In this document: piece by piece, positions 32,713-44,270 of the stretch
Layout of the letters: every line of letters starts with the position of its first letter
How positions within the stretch are numbered: position 1 is the stretch's first letter
Origin: Alphaproteobacteria bacterium
GTDB taxonomy: Bacteria; Pseudomonadota; Alphaproteobacteria; UBA828
DNA: 64,000 nt
NCBI GenBank assembly: GCA_965237415.1
Contig: CBDEFM010000002.1
Span: 2,944,001-3,008,000, forward strand
Direction of reading: 5' to 3'
Translations under genes and position numbers: made by a program
Notes under the pieces: generated by a model
Seen by the model: the letters and a program-made list of their open reading frames with translations, nothing else
What the model was told of the DNA's origin: nothing
Databases searched by the model: none

Positions 32713-33660
32713 ATGAGTCTCGCCGTGGCCATTCAGATGGATCCCATCGACGCCATCGACATCGAGGCCGACAGCACCTTCGTGCTCGCGCTCGAAGCCC
32801 AGGCCCGCGGCCATCGGCTGTATCACTATCTGCCGCAACAGCTCTCGCTGACGGCGGCCGGTGCGGTGGCAACCGTGCGCCCCCTCGAGGTGCGCCGGAA
32901 GAGCGGCGATCATTTCACCCTCGGCGCGCCAGAGTTCGTCGATCTGGCCACCATGGACGTCGTCCTGATGCGCCAGGACCCGCCCTTCGACATGGCCTAC
33001 ATCACGGCCACCCACATCCTGGAGCACATCCACCCCGAGACGCTCGTGGTCAACGACCCCGTCCATGTGCGGAACGCGCCCGAAAAGCTCTTCGTCACCC
33101 GGTTTCCGGAGCTGATGCCGCCGACGCTCATCACCGCCGAGCGCGACATGATCGTCGAGTTCCGCGCTCAGCATGGCGACATCATCCTCAAACCGCTCTT
33201 CGGCAACGGCGGCGCGGGCGTGTTCCACGTTGGGCCCGAGGACGAGAACCTCAACGCCTTGATCGAGATGTTCGGCACGTTCTTTCGCGAGCCGATCATC
33301 GCCCAGGCCTATCTGCCGGCGGTCCGGGCCGGCGACAAGCGCATCATCCTGGTGGAAGGCGAGCCGGTCGGCGCCGTGAACCGCGTGCCGGCCGCCGGTG
33401 AGGCGCGCGCCAACATGCATGTCGGCGCCCGTCCGGACAGGACCACGCTGAGCGATCGCGATCGCGAGATTTGCGCGGCCATCGGGCCTGCGCTCAGAGA
33501 GCGCGGCCTGATCTTCACCGGGATCGACGTGATCGGCGGTTACCTTACCGAGATCAACGTCACCTCGCCCACCGGCATCCAGGAGATCAACCGGCTGGAT
33601 GGCACTCGCCTCGAAGCCCTGATCTGGTACGCAATCGAGGTGCGGATAAAGCGCGTGTAA
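32713..33660 (+). CDS. gshB: Glutathione synthetase
   Basis: [24 protein letters not shown] and [10 protein letters not shown]. Confidence 0.96.
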   Translation: MSLAVAIQMDPIDAIDIEADSTFVLALEAQARGHRLYHYLPQQLSLTAAGAVATVRPLEVRRKSGDHFTLGAPEFVDLATMDVVLMRQDPPFDMAYITATHILEHIHPETLVVNDPVHVRNAPEKLFVTRFPELMPPTLITAERDMIVEFRAQHGDIILKPLFGNGGAGVFHVGPEDENLNALIEMFGTFFREPIIAQAYLPAVRAGDKRIILVEGEPVGAVNRVPAAGEARANMHVGARPDRTTLSDRDREICAAIGPALRERGLIFTGIDVIGGYLTEINVTSPTGIQEINRLDGTRLEALIWYAIEVRIKRV

Positions 33661-34079
33661 GGCCACTCTCCCAACCGTCAGAAGCGACCCCTGGCCGGAG
33701 ACGGGCCGCGTCGCCTCCGTCCCGAGCCTTTCGTCCGACGGTCCGTTGGGACCCTTCTTCTATCGAACATATCGATTCGGGCTGGTGTAACGGGACCGCT
33801 GCTCCTTGACGGTGGGTATGGGCGCCCATACGATACTTGCGACGTGTCTAGGCGGCATGCCGTGAAGCACCCCGGTCTCTGCTTCGGGATCAAGAGTGAA
33901 ACCGGCAGTTCTGCGCAGACCGCCAGGGAGAAAGAGGTGGATCCACTTCGTTCAATTTTGTTTGTCTACCCCACCTTTTCGGCCGCGCTGAAAGCCGGCC
34001 AGATGCCAGCCATCAATCACACAAACGACAACCGTAGATCGCCCTTTGTGCTTGCACAAATCAGGGGGAGGAGGGAGCT

Positions 34080-35354
34080 ATGAAACGTCGCGACTTCTTG
34101 AAGAAATCGGGTATCGCACTCGGTGCCGCTGGGCTAACCACGTTCCCGCATGTCTGGGTGAAGGACTATCAGTACGCCTGGGCCGACGACGACGAGATCG
34201 AGGTCGGCGTTCTTTACTCGCTGACGGGTACGACGGCGATCGTTGAGAAACAGTTGAGTAAAGTTACCGAGATGGCCATCGACCAAATCAATGCGCGCGG
34301 TGGCGTACTCGGCAAGCAGGTGGTGCCGATCATCGAAGACCCGGCTTCCGACCCTCGCACGTTCAACGAGAAGGCCAACAAGCTCGTTGTGCGGGACCGG
34401 GTGCCGTCCGTCTTTGGTTCCTACACCTCGGCGAGCCGCAAGGCGGTATTGCCGGTGTTCGAGAAACGCAAGAATCTGTATTGGTATCCCACCTTCTACG
34501 AAGGGTTCGAGTGCTCGAAGAACGTCATATACACGGGCGCTGTTCCCAACCAGCAACAAGAGAACTTCGTTCCTTGGATTACAAACCAGGGCTACAACAA
34601 GTTCTTCATCGTCGGGTCGAACTACATCTACCCGCGTGAAATGGCGAAGGTGTGCAAGATCCTGGTGGAGAGAGAAGGCGGCTCCTGGGTGGCCGACGAG
34701 TACCTTGAACTCGGTCACAGCGAATGGGGCTCCATGGTCAACAAGATGAAGACCATGTGGGAAAGCGGCGAGTGCGACTGCGTCTACTCCAATGTCGTCG
34801 GCGACTCGATCGTCGCCTTCCGCCGCGAGTTCATCAATCAGGGTCTGAGCTACGACAAGTTCCCGATCTTTGCCACCGTATGCTCGGAAATCGAAGTGCA
34901 GGCGATGGGGCCCGATTACGCTGCTGGCAGTGTCACTTCCTTCCCCTATTTCCAGTCGGTGAGCAACCCGGAAAACGAGCAGTTCGTGGAAGACGTCAAG
35001 CGGACGATGGGCGCCGATACCGTCACCTATCACGCCATGGAATGCGCCTATTTCCAGGTATTCCTGTGGGCGCAGTCGGTGGAGAAGGCAGGCGAGGTCG
35101 ATCCTCTCTCGGTTCGCGAAGCGGCCAAGGGACAAGAGGTCGATGCACCGGAAGGGCGCGTGAGAATCGAGCCCGAGAACCTGCATTGCTGGCTGACACC
35201 GCGTATCGGGTTGTGGCGCTCCGACGGCCAGGCCGAGATTGTCGACGAGTACAAGGAGCCGCTGATTCCGCTCCCCTACTCGGCGTATGGGGAAGCGCCC
35301 GACAATCTCTTCTGCACGCAAGCGGGCCTGGATTCCAGCAAGCTGAAGACCTAA
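34080..35354 (+). CDS. Urea/short-chain amide ABC substrate-binding protein (UrtA/AmiC-like)
   Basis: Tat signal KRRDFLK. Motifs YTSASRKAVLPVFE, YEGFECS, GAVPNQQ and GSNYIYPRE. Confidence 0.88.
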   Translation: MKRRDFLKKSGIALGAAGLTTFPHVWVKDYQYAWADDDEIEVGVLYSLTGTTAIVEKQLSKVTEMAIDQINARGGVLGKQVVPIIEDPASDPRTFNEKANKLVVRDRVPSVFGSYTSASRKAVLPVFEKRKNLYWYPTFYEGFECSKNVIYTGAVPNQQQENFVPWITNQGYNKFFIVGSNYIYPREMAKVCKILVEREGGSWVADEYLELGHSEWGSMVNKMKTMWESGECDCVYSNVVGDSIVAFRREFINQGLSYDKFPIFATVCSEIEVQAMGPDYAAGSVTSFPYFQSVSNPENEQFVEDVKRTMGADTVTYHAMECAYFQVFLWAQSVEKAGEVDPLSVREAAKGQEVDAPEGRVRIEPENLHCWLTPRIGLWRSDGQAEIVDEYKEPLIPLPYSAYGEAPDNLFCTQAGLDSSKLKT

Positions 35355-35442
35355 CCGTTGACGGAGCGGGGGCCGGCGTCTTCACGCCGGCTCCCGTCAG
35401 GCTGGAGTCACGCATCGTCCGAACCGAAACGGCTCACATAGA

Positions 35443-36336
35443 ATGGCCGACGTAATTTTCATCGGACTTAGTCTTTCGTCCATTCTGCTGTTGGTCGCAC
35501 TCGGGCTCGCCATCACCTACGGCACCATGGGTGTCATCAATATGGCGCATGGCGAGCTCGTCATGATCGGCGCCTACGTCACCGTTCTCTGCCAAACCCA
35601 TTTCGGCCTGCATTTTCTCCTGTGCATCCCGGTCGCCTTCGTCGTTACCGGTGCATTCGGCTACGCCATCGAGCGCTTTGTGGTGCGAAGACTGTACGGC
35701 CGCCTGTTGGATACGTTGCTCGCGACATGGGCGCTTGCGATCATCATCCAGCAGGCCATTCGCCTCGAATTCGGCGCCGCGTTCGCGGGATTGCACATCG
35801 ATGGTCTGGGGCCGGGTCTGCAGAATGTCCCGGTCCCCTCGTTCTTCCGGGAAACATTCATGGTCGGCGATTTCTTGGTCCAGCCGTACCGGAGCTTCAT
35901 CATCGTCCTCACGATCGGACTCTTCATTCTGACCTGGTGGCTGATCTTCCATACCTCTTTTGGCATGCAGTTGCGCGCGGTGTCGCGCAATCGGGGCATC
36001 GCGTCCTGCTGCGGCATCGACGACAAGAAGATCAACGCGTGGACCTTCGCCTATGGCTCCGCCCTGGCCGGCGCGGCCGGCGTGATGCTGGCCGGCTTCA
36101 AGACGGTCTCGCCCAGCATGGGAACGCCGTTCGTGATCGACGGCTTCCTGGTCGTGGTCATGGGCGGCGTCGGCAGCCTCTTCGGCACGCTCGGCTCGGC
36201 CGTGATCCTGGGCGAGGTCCAGGGCTGGGTCGCGAGCCTGCTGAATGACGTCCTCGCGCGGGCAATCGTGTTCGGTGTCATCATCGTTGTCATCATCCTG
36301 CGGCCCCAGGGCTTGTTCTCCCGCCGGGGGCGTTGA
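35443..36336 (+). CDS. UrtB-like ABC permease
   Basis: LGLAITYGTMGVINMAHGELVMIGAY. Confidence 0.88.
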   Translation: MADVIFIGLSLSSILLLVALGLAITYGTMGVINMAHGELVMIGAYVTVLCQTHFGLHFLLCIPVAFVVTGAFGYAIERFVVRRLYGRLLDTLLATWALAIIIQQAIRLEFGAAFAGLHIDGLGPGLQNVPVPSFFRETFMVGDFLVQPYRSFIIVLTIGLFILTWWLIFHTSFGMQLRAVSRNRGIASCCGIDDKKINAWTFAYGSALAGAAGVMLAGFKTVSPSMGTPFVIDGFLVVVMGGVGSLFGTLGSAVILGEVQGWVASLLNDVLARAIVFGVIIVVIILRPQGLFSRRGR

Positions 36337-37469
36337 CGATGCAGCTCTTGACCCGGAACAACCTGCAGCTCGCCGCGTACGGTTTGTTCATTGTCGTCGT
36401 CATGCTTCTCCCGCTCTTCATGGACGTCTTCTGGCTCAACCGGATGTCCAAGTATCTGGTGTTCGGCATGCTCGGCATCGCCATCAGCATGTCCTGGGGC
36501 TACGCCGGAATCCTCAATCTCGGTCAGGGCCTCTTCTTCGGCTTCGGCGCCTACATGTTGGCGATGTCGTTGAAGCTCGCGAGCCCGACGAGCCTGCAAC
36601 AGGGATCGGCGGACGAGCCGGTTCCCGACTTCATGCTGTGGACGTCGGAACCGGGCGCGCCCATCGACCTCTGCTGCATCAACCAGGGTTCGTTCCTTTG
36701 GATTCCCTTCAAGGAACAGTGGTTCGGCGTGGCCATGGGGTTGGTCATGCCCACGCTCATTGCGTTCGTGCTGGGTTACGCGATGTTCCGCGCCCGGATT
36801 GCGGGCGTCTATGTCGCGATCCTGACGCTTGCCTTGTGCCTATTGGTGCGCCTCCTTGTTATCGACGCGCAGCCACTCATTAACGGCTTCAACGGACTGA
36901 CCGATCTCGGCTGGTTCACGGTCGGCGGCCTGGAGTTCGACCCCTATCTGGTGGAGACCTATTATCTGATCGCGGTCATCACCTGCCTGGTGCTGATCGG
37001 CGCACGCTGGCTGGTCAACACCAAGGTGGGCGTGGTGCTGCAGGCCATCCGTGACAACGAAGAGCGCGTGCGCTATCTCGGTTACGACGTCGCCATCTAC
37101 AAGGTGTTCTTCTTCTGCATCTCTGCGGCAATCGCGGGCTTGGCCGGCATGCTTTATGTGATCGCGGCCGAGTTTGCCTCGCCCACCTACATGAATATCG
37201 GCTTCAGTATTTCGATGGTGGTGTGGGCTGCCGTCGGCGGCCGCTGGTCACTGTTGGGCGCGTGCATCGGCGCGATCCTGTTGAACGTGGTCGAAGCCAC
37301 GGTCAGCGAAACGGGAATGCTGGTGGAGGCTTGGCAGCTCATCATCGGCGCGATCTTCCTGTTCGTCGTTCTGGTAATGCCGCGCGGGCTCGCCGGCTTC
37401 ATCCAAGCAGTGGCGGACTTGGCGCTGGAACGGCTCCACAAAGCGGTCAGGGAACGACGAGTCAGGTGA
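36333..37469 (+). CDS. UrtC-like ABC permease
   Basis: WGYAGILNLGQGLFFG, AIRDNEERVRYLGY and WAAVGGR. Confidence 0.88.
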   Translation: MTMQLLTRNNLQLAAYGLFIVVVMLLPLFMDVFWLNRMSKYLVFGMLGIAISMSWGYAGILNLGQGLFFGFGAYMLAMSLKLASPTSLQQGSADEPVPDFMLWTSEPGAPIDLCCINQGSFLWIPFKEQWFGVAMGLVMPTLIAFVLGYAMFRARIAGVYVAILTLALCLLVRLLVIDAQPLINGFNGLTDLGWFTVGGLEFDPYLVETYYLIAVITCLVLIGARWLVNTKVGVVLQAIRDNEERVRYLGYDVAIYKVFFFCISAAIAGLAGMLYVIAAEFASPTYMNIGFSISMVVWAAVGGRWSLLGACIGAILLNVVEATVSETGMLVEAWQLIIGAIFLFVVLVMPRGLAGFIQAVADLALERLHKAVRERRVR

Positions 37470-37536
37470 GGCGAAGGCCCGCAAGGCGAGAGCCGGTGCT
37501 GGAAGGTTCGGAGATCGAAGAGGGAAACGGTACGTC

Positions 37537-38292
37537 ATGCCGGCGATTCTAGAGATCGAGAACCTTGAGGTGAACTTCCGCGGCTTTCGCGCGGTGGATG
37601 GCTTCGATATGGCCGTTGAAGAAGGAGAGCTGCGTGTCCTGATCGGGGCTAACGGCGCCGGCAAGACGACGCTCATGGACCTCATCACCGGCCGCACCAA
37701 GTCGACCGGCGGGAAGGTGACCTTCTTGGGCGACAACATTACCAATGGGCAGGAACACAAGATTGCGCGGCGAGGGATCGGCCGGAAATTCCAGGTGCCG
37801 AGCGTATTCAAGGACCTGACGGTGCGCGAAAACTTCGAGGTGGCCCATACCCGCAGCCTGTCGGTATGGCGGAACCTCTCGGTGAGCGCGAAGCCGCACC
37901 AGCGCAACCTCCACATCGAACGCGCGATGGAGCTCACCAGCCTTGCGGATGAGAGCGGCACGTTGGCCGGCAGCCTGTCCCACGGGCAATCCCAATGGCT
38001 CGAACTCGGCATGGTATTGGTGCAATCGCCCAAACTGGTGCTGCTGGACGAGCCTACGGCGGGCATGACGGCCCTCGAGACGGAGAAGACCTCCGAGATC
38101 ATCAACGGCCTCAAGAGCGAACATTCCATCATTGTCGTCGAGCATGACATGACCTTCGTACGGTCCATTTGCGAGGTCATTACCGTCATGCATTTGGGAA
38201 AGAAACTCGCGGAGGGGACGGTCGAGCAAATCGAAAATGACCGGGCAGTGATCGATGCTTATCTAGGCAGCGGCGGCATCACCCATGCTTGA
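37537..38292 (+). CDS. UrtD-like ABC ATPase
   Basis: GANGAGKTT, LSHGQSQWLELGM and VEHDM. Confidence 0.9.
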   Translation: MPAILEIENLEVNFRGFRAVDGFDMAVEEGELRVLIGANGAGKTTLMDLITGRTKSTGGKVTFLGDNITNGQEHKIARRGIGRKFQVPSVFKDLTVRENFEVAHTRSLSVWRNLSVSAKPHQRNLHIERAMELTSLADESGTLAGSLSHGQSQWLELGMVLVQSPKLVLLDEPTAGMTALETEKTSEIINGLKSEHSIIVVEHDMTFVRSICEVITVMHLGKKLAEGTVEQIENDRAVIDAYLGSGGITHA

Positions 38293-38980
38293 ACTTTCAC
38301 AAATGGATGCCTACTACGGCGCGAGCCACGTCTTGCGCGATATCGACTTTTCGGTTCAGGGTGGCGAAATCGTCAGTATTTTGGGGCGGAACGGCGTCGG
38401 CAAGACAACGCTGCTCAAGAGCATTCTGGGTCTTGAGGTTCGCACCCGCGGCACAATCACGTTGGACGGCAAGGATATCACCGGCAGGCCGACCTATCTT
38501 CGCGCCCGCGCCGGGATCGGTTACGTGCCCCAGGGACGGGAGCTCATTCCCGATTTTTCGATTCGCGACAACATTCTGATGGGATGTTACGCGCGCACCG
38601 ACCGCAGGCGGCTGGTGCCCGATCTGGTCAGGGACTTGTTCCCCTATTTGCGCGACAACCTCGGCCGCAGAGCGGGACTGTTATCGGGCGGTCAGCAACA
38701 GCAGTTGGCGATCGCACGGGCGCTGGCGTCCGAGCCCCGCATCCTGCTGCTCGATGAGCCCACGGAGGGCATTCAGCCCAACATTGTCGAGCAGATCGAG
38801 AACACGATTCAGCGGCTCAACAAACAGGTCGGACTGACGATCGTTCTTGTGGAGCAGAATGTGAAATTCGCGCGGGCGGCGTCCCAGCACTTCTGCGTTA
38901 TCGAGAAAGGCGAGGTCGCAGCGAGCGGCGAGATCGACGCGTTGACCGACGATATCGTGCGCAAGCACATGACGATTTAG
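38285..38980 (+). CDS. UrtE-like ABC ATPase
   Basis: GRNGVGKTT, LSGGQQQQLAI and DEPTEGIQPNIV. Confidence 0.9.
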   Translation: MLELSQMDAYYGASHVLRDIDFSVQGGEIVSILGRNGVGKTTLLKSILGLEVRTRGTITLDGKDITGRPTYLRARAGIGYVPQGRELIPDFSIRDNILMGCYARTDRRRLVPDLVRDLFPYLRDNLGRRAGLLSGGQQQQLAIARALASEPRILLLDEPTEGIQPNIVEQIENTIQRLNKQVGLTIVLVEQNVKFARAASQHFCVIEKGEVAASGEIDALTDDIVRKHMTI

Positions 38981-38998
38981 AGACGGCCCGCCCGCCGC

Positions 38999-39406
38999 TC
39001 ACGTCTCCGTTTGAGGGTACCTTCGCGGCACGGGGCCCGGGTCGTCGAGGTCCCAGCTGGCGCCATCCAACGCGACCACCGTCATGTCCGTCACGGTGCC
39101 CGGATCGAGGCAAAGTGCGTTGACGCTGTATGAATCCGGCGCTGAGCGCGGCGAGTAAAAGGACTTTACGCCGCAGACCGCACAGAAGAGATGCTCCGCC
39201 ACGCCTGTGCCGAAGCGGTAGCTGGTCAACGTGTCGGCGCCCGAGAGCAGGTTGAAGCGTGACTTCGGCACCACCAGATGACGGTAGACAGTCATCCGGC
39301 AGATGGAGCAGTTGCAGTGCTGCACCTCAATCTCGGCCGGCGCTTCGCAGCTGAAGCGCACAGCGCCGCAATGGCAGCCGCCCCGGTGGGTGACGAGCGC
39401 AGTCAC
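38999..39406 (-). CDS. GFA (glutathione-dependent formaldehyde-activating) family protein
   Basis: GGCHCGAVRF, CNCSIC and FCAVCG zinc motifs. Confidence 0.88.
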   Translation of the reverse strand: MTALVTHRGGCHCGAVRFSCEAPAEIEVQHCNCSICRMTVYRHLVVPKSRFNLLSGADTLTSYRFGTGVAEHLFCAVCGVKSFYSPRSAPDSYSVNALCLDPGTVTDMTVVALDGASWDLDDPGPVPRRYPQTET

Positions 39407-39522
39407 GGGCGGCGTCCCGTTGGGTGGATATGAGTTGCGGTCGATGTTGCGCGCATTTCGGATTTCTCCTCGGCGCGCCGCAGGCGTCTCTCGGCGAATG
39501 GCAAGACACGCGGGCCGGGCGC

Positions 39523-39597
39523 TGGAGCGGGCGATGGGATTCGAACCCACGACCCCAACCTTGGCAAGGTTGTGCTCTACCCCTGAGCTACGCCCGC
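39523..39597 (-). tRNA. tRNA-Gly (GCC)
   Basis: GCGGGCGTAGCTCAGGGGTAGAGCACAACCTTGCCAAGGTTGGGGTCGTGGGTTCGAATCCCATCGCCCGCTCCA. Confidence 0.97.
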
Positions 39598-39978
39598 CTG
39601 CACCGTGCCCTGTGCGCCGCGATAGTACGCCATCGGCGTGCCCGCACAAGTCGCAATCCCGTTGACACATTTCCGACCGAAAAGGGTGCGCGGGACGCGC
39701 GCATCCTTCCGTCCCGAGCAGATGGCGATTGACGCTGGCCCTTGGCAAGAGTACGAGGAACGCGGACCGAGGACGCCGCGTCGCACGCGCGTCCCGCTTA
39801 GGGTCCGACGGCGGGTTTTCCGCTGGCCGCTCTGCGGCCGCCCCGCCGGTGAAGGAGCAAATCCTGCGTCACGTCATTGGCCCGCGATATGCGGCTGGGT
39901 GCCATCCCGGCGCCTTGGCCTCGCTGTCGCACGAAGGCTCGCAGGGTGCGGCGTGAGCGCCGCGATGGAGGAAATCTA

Positions 39979-41475
<1,497 letters not shown>

Positions 41476-41830
41476 AAAAGGCTGACCGCCGGCGCCGGCA
41501 AGAGCCGACGCCGGCGGCGAAGGGGCGGGCGCGACGGACAGGGAGGGATCCGTACCCGCCCCGGCCCGGCCATAACCTCCGACACGGCGAGGCCGCGACG
41601 GGGCGGTCCGATTTCCCATAACGCCAGAGCGTGACGCTGACCGGTGGAAACCGATCGGGCACGGCCCGGGCCATACCCGACAGTGTATGACATGGCGCTG
41701 ACCATGCATAATTGCCAATACCGTTTTCGTAGCTCTTGAATAACGAGAGCTTATGGCTTGGCTTGAATCGCGACCGCCGTTCGCGAGGAGACAGGCCGTT
41801 CGCTCCTCGCGGTGCGCCGCCCGGGCGCGA

Positions 41831-42691
41831 TCAGGGAATACCTGAGGTCTGCAGTTTGGCGACGGCCAGCAAGTCGTAGCCGAGTGACGCGGGCGCGATA
41901 CTGCAGGCCATAGCGTCTAGCCAGCCGGTCAATGGATCGCTGACGACGGTCCTCTCCGACAGCAGGCTCTCGGCCCCAACGTTTGTGATCCGGAAGCCCG
42001 CCTCTGCAAGGTCTTCTCGCACCTCGGCAAGCGTATAGAGGTGATAGAACAGCTGGATTTCGCCATTGTCCTCGCCGCGCTTGTAGAGGATGTCGCGGGG
42101 CTCGAGTTTGCCCGCGTCAACCAGAGGGGCTGAGGTGCGCTGTTCTGCGCGAAACCGACGCCTCGCGTGGGGCACGCTGAGGATCAGGGTGCCGTCCGCC
42201 TTCAGCATCGAGCGGATGGCTCGCAGCAGGCGCAGCCTCTCCGCGCGCCCGGCGACGTGCGCGAGCACCCCAAAGGCCAGCAGCCCGAGGTCGAAGGCTT
42301 GCGGATGATCGGCAGCCAGCGCGTCCGCGTCCTCTCCCCGAATAACCAGCCTTTCGGCGCGCACGAACTCGCCGAGACGCTCCGCCAATGTCGTGCGGGC
42401 GACAGGACAGATGTCGAGGGCCACGCAGCTTGTCCCGGTCATTTGCAGGAGCGGCAGGGTGTAGCGCCCTGTGCCTGCGCCGACATCGAGAAACCGCCCA
42501 CCGGCGGGTAGGCACCGCTTCATTTTCCGCAGCGTGCGCCCGTTCGGGCGGGGGTAGCGCCGGTCGTAGAGACCCGAGGAGATATAGCGATCATAGCTGC
42601 CGGACATGTCCGGCAGCTCCGGCACATCCGGGCGTGCCGGAGGCGCGGAGTCGGCCGTGGTCTGCTCCGCGGGCTTTGTCGCCGCCGTCAT
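41831..42691 (-). CDS. Class I SAM-dependent methyltransferase
   Basis: FLDVGAGTGRY and MLKADGTLILSVP. Confidence 0.82.
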   Translation of the reverse strand: MTAATKPAEQTTADSAPPARPDVPELPDMSGSYDRYISSGLYDRRYPRPNGRTLRKMKRCLPAGGRFLDVGAGTGRYTLPLLQMTGTSCVALDICPVARTTLAERLGEFVRAERLVIRGEDADALAADHPQAFDLGLLAFGVLAHVAGRAERLRLLRAIRSMLKADGTLILSVPHARRRFRAEQRTSAPLVDAGKLEPRDILYKRGEDNGEIQLFYHLYTLAEVREDLAEAGFRITNVGAESLLSERTVVSDPLTGWLDAMACSIAPASLGYDLLAVAKLQTSGIP

Positions 42692-42836
42692 CTTCCCGTC
42701 AAACGTCCTGCGTCCTCGTACAGGATGTACCGTCTGAGTCGCCTCATATATGCTGCCAGCATAAGGGGGCAACGGTCAATTCGCCGAGCATGACAAATTA
42801 GGCATTGCGAAATATCTCACTCGATATTTATTCGGC

Positions 42837-44270
42837 TTAACGCGTGCTGTTCCCTGCCCTCACGACGCTCCGCTCGCGAGGAAGCTGGATCATCAACCTC
42901 TGATCTTCGAGCAGCGCGCGCGCGCCGTTCTCGTCCACGGTGGAGAGCAGGCCGGCGGCTGCGAGCACATAGCGCCGGTCGAGGGCAAGCGCAGGCGCCC
43001 GCGGCGTCAGCGAGCCCGGTGCCCGGCGTTCGAGCGCGTCGCGAAGCACGGCTTCGCCATCCGCATGGCGGCCGAGCATGCCGCCGGTGCCGATCACGAG
43101 CGGGACGTCGCGAAGGTCGGCGCCCCGCTGCACGAAGTCCGTGCCCTGGCCGGGGAGATAGACGGTGCTGAGGAATCCGCAATGACGCCGGAGCGCGTGG
43201 GTCACGCAGGCGGTCGCCAGCGCCCGGTCGATGCGGTCCTCGTCAGGGCCGTCCGGCAAATAATCCGGCTGCCGCTGGCGCCGGGCGCAGGCGTGCCCAA
43301 GCTGCTCGGGCGTGTTTCCGGCAGCACGGCCTTCCGCCTCGAGCCAGTCTCCGTCCGCGTCCAGAACGCCGGGGGCGCTCCAGCGCATGCCGAGATCGCC
43401 CTCCACGGTGCGCCGGAGGGGGAGCGCCGGCAGGCCGGCCGTGCGTATCCCGACAGGTGCAGGCTTAGGCGCGATGGCGGCGTGAACGTCAGTGGTCGCC
43501 CCGCCGAGGTCGACCACGACGACATCGGCGGCCCTCGCCCCGTCGCCGCCCGTGGCCAGAAGCCGTGTCGCACGCAGCACCGCCTCGGGCGTCGGCATGA
43601 TAACGGCCTCGTGGAATTCTTGGGCGTGGCTCAGGCCCTTGCCGCGAATGACATGGCGGATGAATTCGTCGTGGATCGCGGCGCGCGCGGGCTCGATGTC
43701 GAGGCGGCCGATAGCCGGCAGCACGTTGGCGACGGTCCTGACGCGCTTGGTCGGTGCCAGCATGTCGGCGACGGCGGCGGCCACATCGCGGTTGCAGGCA
43801 ACGACGATGCGGCTCTCGATGCGAGCAGCGGATACAGCCTCCGCATTCTCCAGGACCTGCGCGCGCTGCCCGCCGTCGGTCCCGCCGGAGAACAGAACGA
43901 TCTCGGGCTGCGCCTCTTCGAGCGCAGTCACGGCGCGCTCGTCGAGCCGGCCTGGGAGCTGCAGCACGATGCGTGCGCCGGCGTTGAGCGCGGCCTGCCG
44001 CGCCGCCGCCTCGGTATATTCGGGCACGAGGCCGATCGCCGCGACCCGCAAGCCGCCGCCGGCGCTCGACGCCGCGAGCCGGCGGACGATCTTGGGCTTG
44101 CCGGGAACCTGGCCAAGGGCGCGGTCGAGGGCTTCGCGATAGCCCTCCATCACGTCTGTCTCGACGGTCGTCGGCGCTTGCGCCGCAGCCAGAAGGCGCC
44201 CCGTCCCGGCTTCGGTAATCGTCAGCTTTGTGAATGTGCTTCCGAAATCGACGAGCGCAATCGCATTCAC
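42837..44270 (-). CDS. MutL/GlmL-family reactivating factor for a B12 mutase
   Basis: VDFGSTFTK, SSAGGGL, AALNAGA, GGTDGG, MPTPEAV, DLGGATTDVH and RTVEGDLGMR. Confidence 0.88.
   Translation of the reverse strand: MNAIALVDFGSTFTKLTITEAGTGRLLAAAQAPTTVETDVMEGYREALDRALGQVPGKPKIVRRLAASSAGGGLRVAAIGLVPEYTEAAARQAALNAGARIVLQLPGRLDERAVTALEEAQPEIVLFSGGTDGGQRAQVLENAEAVSAARIESRIVVACNRDVAAAVADMLAPTKRVRTVANVLPAIGRLDIEPARAAIHDEFIRHVIRGKGLSHAQEFHEAVIMPTPEAVLRATRLLATGGDGARAADVVVVDLGGATTDVHAAIAPKPAPVGIRTAGLPALPLRRTVEGDLGMRWSAPGVLDADGDWLEAEGRAAGNTPEQLGHACARRQRQPDYLPDGPDEDRIDRALATACVTHALRRHCGFLSTVYLPGQGTDFVQRGADLRDVPLVIGTGGMLGRHADGEAVLRDALERRAPGSLTPRAPALALDRRYVLAAAGLLSTVDENGARALLEDQRLMIQLPRERSVVRAGNSTR

Noticed and set aside
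33960-34079. ANTAR dual-hairpin or NtrC/sigma54 site upstream of the urtA-like gene
   Set aside because: Only a short palindrome (TTGTGC-TT-GCACAA) is seen, with no convincing consensus.
33661-39523. Genomic island integrated at the tRNA-Gly 3' end (urt operon)
   Set aside because: No integrase and no visible direct repeat of the tRNA 3' end in the window.
41476-41830. Riboswitch or sRNA (e.g. cobalamin) in the hairpin-rich intergenic region
   Set aside because: It lies between convergent gene ends and has no recognisable aptamer consensus. The hairpins can be explained as terminators.
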